DNA of 32,000 nt from Mycolicibacterium smegmatis (lineage in GTDB: Bacteria > Actinomycetota > Actinomycetes > Mycobacteriales > Mycobacteriaceae), in the NCBI RefSeq assembly GCF_001457595.1, contig NZ_LN831039.1:1950001-1982000 (forward strand), given 5' to 3'. The notes below the pieces were generated by a model. That model was given only the letters and a program-made list of their open reading frames with translations. It was not told the DNA's origin and ran no database searches. How positions within the stretch are numbered: position 1 is the first letter of the stretch; each line of letters starts with the position of its first letter. This document shows positions 29,139 through 32,000 of the stretch, in pieces. The position numbers were made by a program, and so were the translations under genes.

Positions 29139-29609
29139 CTAATCGTCGTCGATCGTCGGGTCGATGACCGACGGTTCGACGCCGAGATAGGTGGCCACCT
29201 GCGCCACCAGGATTTCATGCAGTAGATCAGCCAGCTCATCGGATCCTTTGACCCGGCGCTCGATGGGCTTGCGGAACAACACGATTCGCGCCCGGGTCGA
29301 ATTCCCCCTGACATCCACCCCTGCCGGTATCAACCGCGCCAGCGCGATCGGACCGTCTGCCACCACCTCGGGTGGCCATTGCACACTGTCCGGATCTTTC
29401 GGGGTCATCCGTGGAATCTCGTCGACAGCGACATCGAGTGAGCTGACCCTCGACGACCATCGACGCTCTATCGGCTCGTAGGCCTCCAGCACCGCCATGT
29501 CGAACCGCTCGGCGCGGCTGCGCCACCCAGGAACCGACCGCGGGAGCAGCGGTCCGCGGATATCGCGTCCGCGACGCGAACGCGGATGGTTCAGCCGAGG
29601 CACGGACAT
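29139..29609 (-). CDS. Zincin-like metallopeptidase family protein (Rv3259-like)
   Basis: Part of listed ORF 29139..29732(-), with ATG at 29609. The sequence MSVPRLNHPRSRRGRDIRGPLLP...FDMAVLEAYEPIE...LLHEILVAQVATYLG is typical of the small actinobacterial metallopeptidase family next to whiB2. Confidence 0.8.
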   Translation of the reverse strand: MSVPRLNHPRSRRGRDIRGPLLPRSVPGWRSRAERFDMAVLEAYEPIERRWSSRVSSLDVAVDEIPRMTPKDPDSVQWPPEVVADGPIALARLIPAGVDVRGNSTRARIVLFRKPIERRVKGSDELADLLHEILVAQVATYLGVEPSVIDPTIDDD

Positions 29610-29690
29610 GATCGTAACGGTTCGGAGTCGGCTGCCCCGGCTGCGCGTGTCCGGCGGCGCCCGTCGATCGTCCAAGATAATCTCTGGTGC

Positions 29691-30110
29691 GTGAATGTTC
29701 CCCGTCGCTGCTGCCGGCCCGGGTGCCCGCACTATGCCGTGGCGACGCTGACCTTCGTCTACTCAGACTCCACGGCCGTCGTTGGGCCGTTGGCCACGGT
29801 TTCCGAACCTCACTCCTGGGACCTGTGTGTGGGCCACGCCAGCCGGATCACCGCCCCCAAGGGTTGGGAGCTGGTCCGCCACGCCGGACCGCTGCCGACC
29901 CATCCCGACGAGGACGATCTCGTCGCACTGGCCGACGCGGTTCGCGAAGGGCGCACGGGGCCCGGTCCGGTCAACGGCGTCGTGGCCGGATTCTCCGATC
30001 CGGCGACCGGCACCGGCAGCGGCGCGGTGATCGCGCCCCCGGTGCGACAGCCCGAGCCCAACGGTCGTCGACGTGGCCATTTGCGGGTGTTGCCCGACCC
30101 CACCGACTGA
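29691..30110 (+). CDS. DUF3499 domain protein (Rv3258c-like)
   Basis: In frame with listed ORF 29586..30110, with GTG at 29691. RRCCRPGCPHYAVATLTFVYSDSTAVVGPLATVSEPHSWDLCVGHASRITAPKGWELV is the DUF3499 signature. Confidence 0.8.
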   Translation: MNVPRRCCRPGCPHYAVATLTFVYSDSTAVVGPLATVSEPHSWDLCVGHASRITAPKGWELVRHAGPLPTHPDEDDLVALADAVREGRTGPGPVNGVVAGFSDPATGTGSGAVIAPPVRQPEPNGRRRGHLRVLPDPTD

Positions 30111-30240
30111 TCATGACGTGCCTCGTGCGGCGTCTGCGGAACTTGTGATGTCCGATGGCGTGCGAGGCCGGAGTAGTGAACGTGGAGATGTCGCCAGACG
30201 GTTAGGCTGGCGCCAACGATCCCGTTTCACAAGGAGTTCT

Positions 30241-31659
30241 ATGTCTCGGCCAGCAGCGGCTGTTCACGGTGTCATCAAGGCCTATGACGTCCGCGGTCTG
30301 GTCGGCTCCGAGTTGGACGAGTCGTTCGTCGCCGACGTGGGCGGCGCGTTTGCCCGGTTGGTCCGCGGCGAAGGCGCCCGGCAGGTCGTCATCGGCCACG
30401 ACATGCGATCCAGCTCGCCGGCGCTGGCGGCGGCTTTCGCCGACGGCGTCACCACGCAGGGACTCGACGTCGTGCGGATCGGTCTCGCCTCGACCGATCA
30501 GCTCTACTTCGCGTCCGGGTTGTTGGAGTGCCCGGGCGCGATGTTCACCGCGAGCCACAACCCCGCGGCCTACAACGGCATCAAGCTGTGCCGCGCGGGC
30601 GCCAAACCGGTGGGCAAGGACACCGGGCTGGCCGCCATCTCCGAGGAGGTTATCGGCGGCGTACCGGCCCATGACGGCCCGCGGGGCGGCATCACCGACC
30701 GCGACGTACTGGCCGACTACGGCGAGTTCCTGCGTTCCCTGGTCGATCTCAGCGGCTCACGGCCCCTGCGCATCGCCGTCGACGCAGGCAACGGCATGGC
30801 CGGGCACACCACGCCCGCTGTGCTCGGGCCGATCCCCGGGGCCACGATCCTGCCGCTGTACTTCGAACTCGACGGCACGTTCCCCAACCACGAGGCCAAC
30901 CCGCTCGACCCGGCCAACCTGGTGGACCTGCAGCGCTTCGTCGTGGAGTCCGGCGCCGACATCGGGCTCGCGTTCGACGGCGACGCCGACCGCTGTTTCG
31001 TCGTCGACGAACTCGGTCGCCCCGTCTCGCCGTCGGCCGTGACGGCTCTGGTCGCCGGTCGCGAACTCACCCGTGAAATCGGCGCGACGATCATCCACAA
31101 CCTCATCACCTCGCGCGCGGTGCCCGAGCTCGTGACCGAGCGGGGCGGCACCCCGGTGCGCGCGCGGGTCGGGCATTCCTACATCAAGGCGCTGATGGCC
31201 GAGACCAGCGCGATATTCGGCGGTGAGCACTCGGCCCACTACTACTTCCGCGACTTCTGGGGCGCCGACTCGGGAATGCTCGCGGCCCTGCATGTGCTCG
31301 CCGCGCTCGGCGAACAGGACCGCCCGCTTTCGGAGATCATGGCCGACTATCAGCGCTACGAGGCCTCGGGCGAGATCAACTTCACCGTCAGCGACGCATC
31401 GGCATGCGTGGACGCGGTGCTCACGTCGTACGGCACGGCCATCCACTCCATCGACCACCTCGACGGCGTCACGGTCGACCTCGGCGACGACTGCTGGTTC
31501 AACCTGCGCAGCTCGAACACCGAACCGCTGCTGCGCCTCAACGTCGAGGCGCGCACCACCGAGGAGGTCGACGCAGTGGTCGACAGAATCGCCGACGTCA
31601 TCCGCGCCACCAACGAACCCGGCAGCGTGAACGGGGCGGTGAACGAGGCGGCGACGTGA
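30241..31659 (+). CDS. pmmA: Phosphomannomutase/phosphoglucomutase (Rv3257c-like)
   Basis: In frame with listed ORF 30073..31659. ATG 30241 lies 4 nt after AAGGAG. It has the active-site TASHNPAAYNG and the metal-binding FDGDADRC motifs. Confidence 0.93.
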   Translation: MSRPAAAVHGVIKAYDVRGLVGSELDESFVADVGGAFARLVRGEGARQVVIGHDMRSSSPALAAAFADGVTTQGLDVVRIGLASTDQLYFASGLLECPGAMFTASHNPAAYNGIKLCRAGAKPVGKDTGLAAISEEVIGGVPAHDGPRGGITDRDVLADYGEFLRSLVDLSGSRPLRIAVDAGNGMAGHTTPAVLGPIPGATILPLYFELDGTFPNHEANPLDPANLVDLQRFVVESGADIGLAFDGDADRCFVVDELGRPVSPSAVTALVAGRELTREIGATIIHNLITSRAVPELVTERGGTPVRARVGHSYIKALMAETSAIFGGEHSAHYYFRDFWGADSGMLAALHVLAALGEQDRPLSEIMADYQRYEASGEINFTVSDASACVDAVLTSYGTAIHSIDHLDGVTVDLGDDCWFNLRSSNTEPLLRLNVEARTTEEVDAVVDRIADVIRATNEPGSVNGAVNEAAT

Positions 31660-32000
31660 ACGCACTGGGCGCCATGGTGGACCTCGACGACGGCGACGGG
31701 CTTCTCGCAGCCGACCGCGGCGGGCTGCTGAGGGCCGCGGCCATGGCGGGGGCCCAGGTGCGGGCCACCGCGGCCGCACTCGACGAAGGACTTTTCGACC
31801 CGCTGCGCGCGGATGATCCTGCGCGCACGGTCATCTGGGTCGCCGGCCGCGGCACGGCCGAGCACGCGGGTGCGGTGCTCGCAGCCACGCTCGGCCCGTC
31901 GGCGGCCGCACCCGTCGTGCTCGCCTCTGAGGCGCCGCCGTGGATCGGCGCGCTGGACGTGTTGATCGTGGCGGGCGACGATCCGGGCGATCCGGCGTTG
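31656..32000 (+). CDS. Conserved protein of the pmmA-manA cluster (Rv3256c-like), N-terminal part; continues beyond the window
   Basis: Not in the ORF track because there is no stop in the window. GTG 31656 overlaps the pmmA stop as GTGA; the alternative start is ATG 31674. The frame is open for 115 codons to the window end (MNALGAMVDLDDGDGLLAADRGGLLRAAAMAGAQVRATAAALDEG...TVIWVAGRGTAEHAGAVLAATL) with high GC3. Confidence 0.55.
   Translation, partial: MNALGAMVDLDDGDGLLAADRGGLLRAAAMAGAQVRATAAALDEGLFDPLRADDPARTVIWVAGRGTAEHAGAVLAATLGPSAAAPVVLASEAPPWIGALDVLIVAGDDPGDPAL

Overview
High-GC (about 67%) actinobacterial chromosome. The proteins and gene order match the Mycobacterium tuberculosis Rv3288c-Rv3256c region, so this is probably a fast-growing Mycolicibacterium of the M. 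smegmatis type (inference from remembered protein sequences, no search was run). Most of the window is conserved housekeeping. In order: an F420-dependent oxidoreductase (3' part), a DUF6328 membrane protein, chaB-rsbW-sigF, a MobA-like nucleotidyltransferase, accA3, a sufE-like gene and sseA, maf-accE5-accD5, a PH-domain protein, GtrA, purK-purE, fadE25, birA, a TIGR03089 protein, an LCP ligase, rmlD-wbbL-manB, a NUDIX gene with fbiB-fbiA, whiB2, an Rv3259-like metallopeptidase, a DUF3499 protein, pmmA, and the start of an Rv3256c-like gene. I found no rRNA, tRNA or CRISPR array. The only accessory stretch is about 10.78-14.92 kb. It holds an apparently intact 1658-bp IS1380-family element with a 5-bp CTAAG target duplication, inserted 39 nt upstream of the accD5 start codon. 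It is followed by about 0.5 kb of non-coding DNA and three decayed genes: a frameshifted small secreted protein, a DUF4012 gene with at least 8 frameshifts, and an orphan twin-arginine signal fragment. Other points worth a second look: an AT-rich palindromic motif shared by the accA3 and accD5 leader regions, a 33-bp MIRU-like tandem repeat with a coupling mini-ORF between accE5 and maf, an in-frame 27-bp repeat in accE5, SigF-type promoter motifs, a 43-codon hydrophobic ORF, a NUDIX gene translationally coupled to fbiAB, and birA lying at a different position than in M. tuberculosis. I see no convincing multi-gene novel system such as defence, toxin-antitoxin or secondary metabolism. The findings are regulatory, mobile-element and gene-decay observations.
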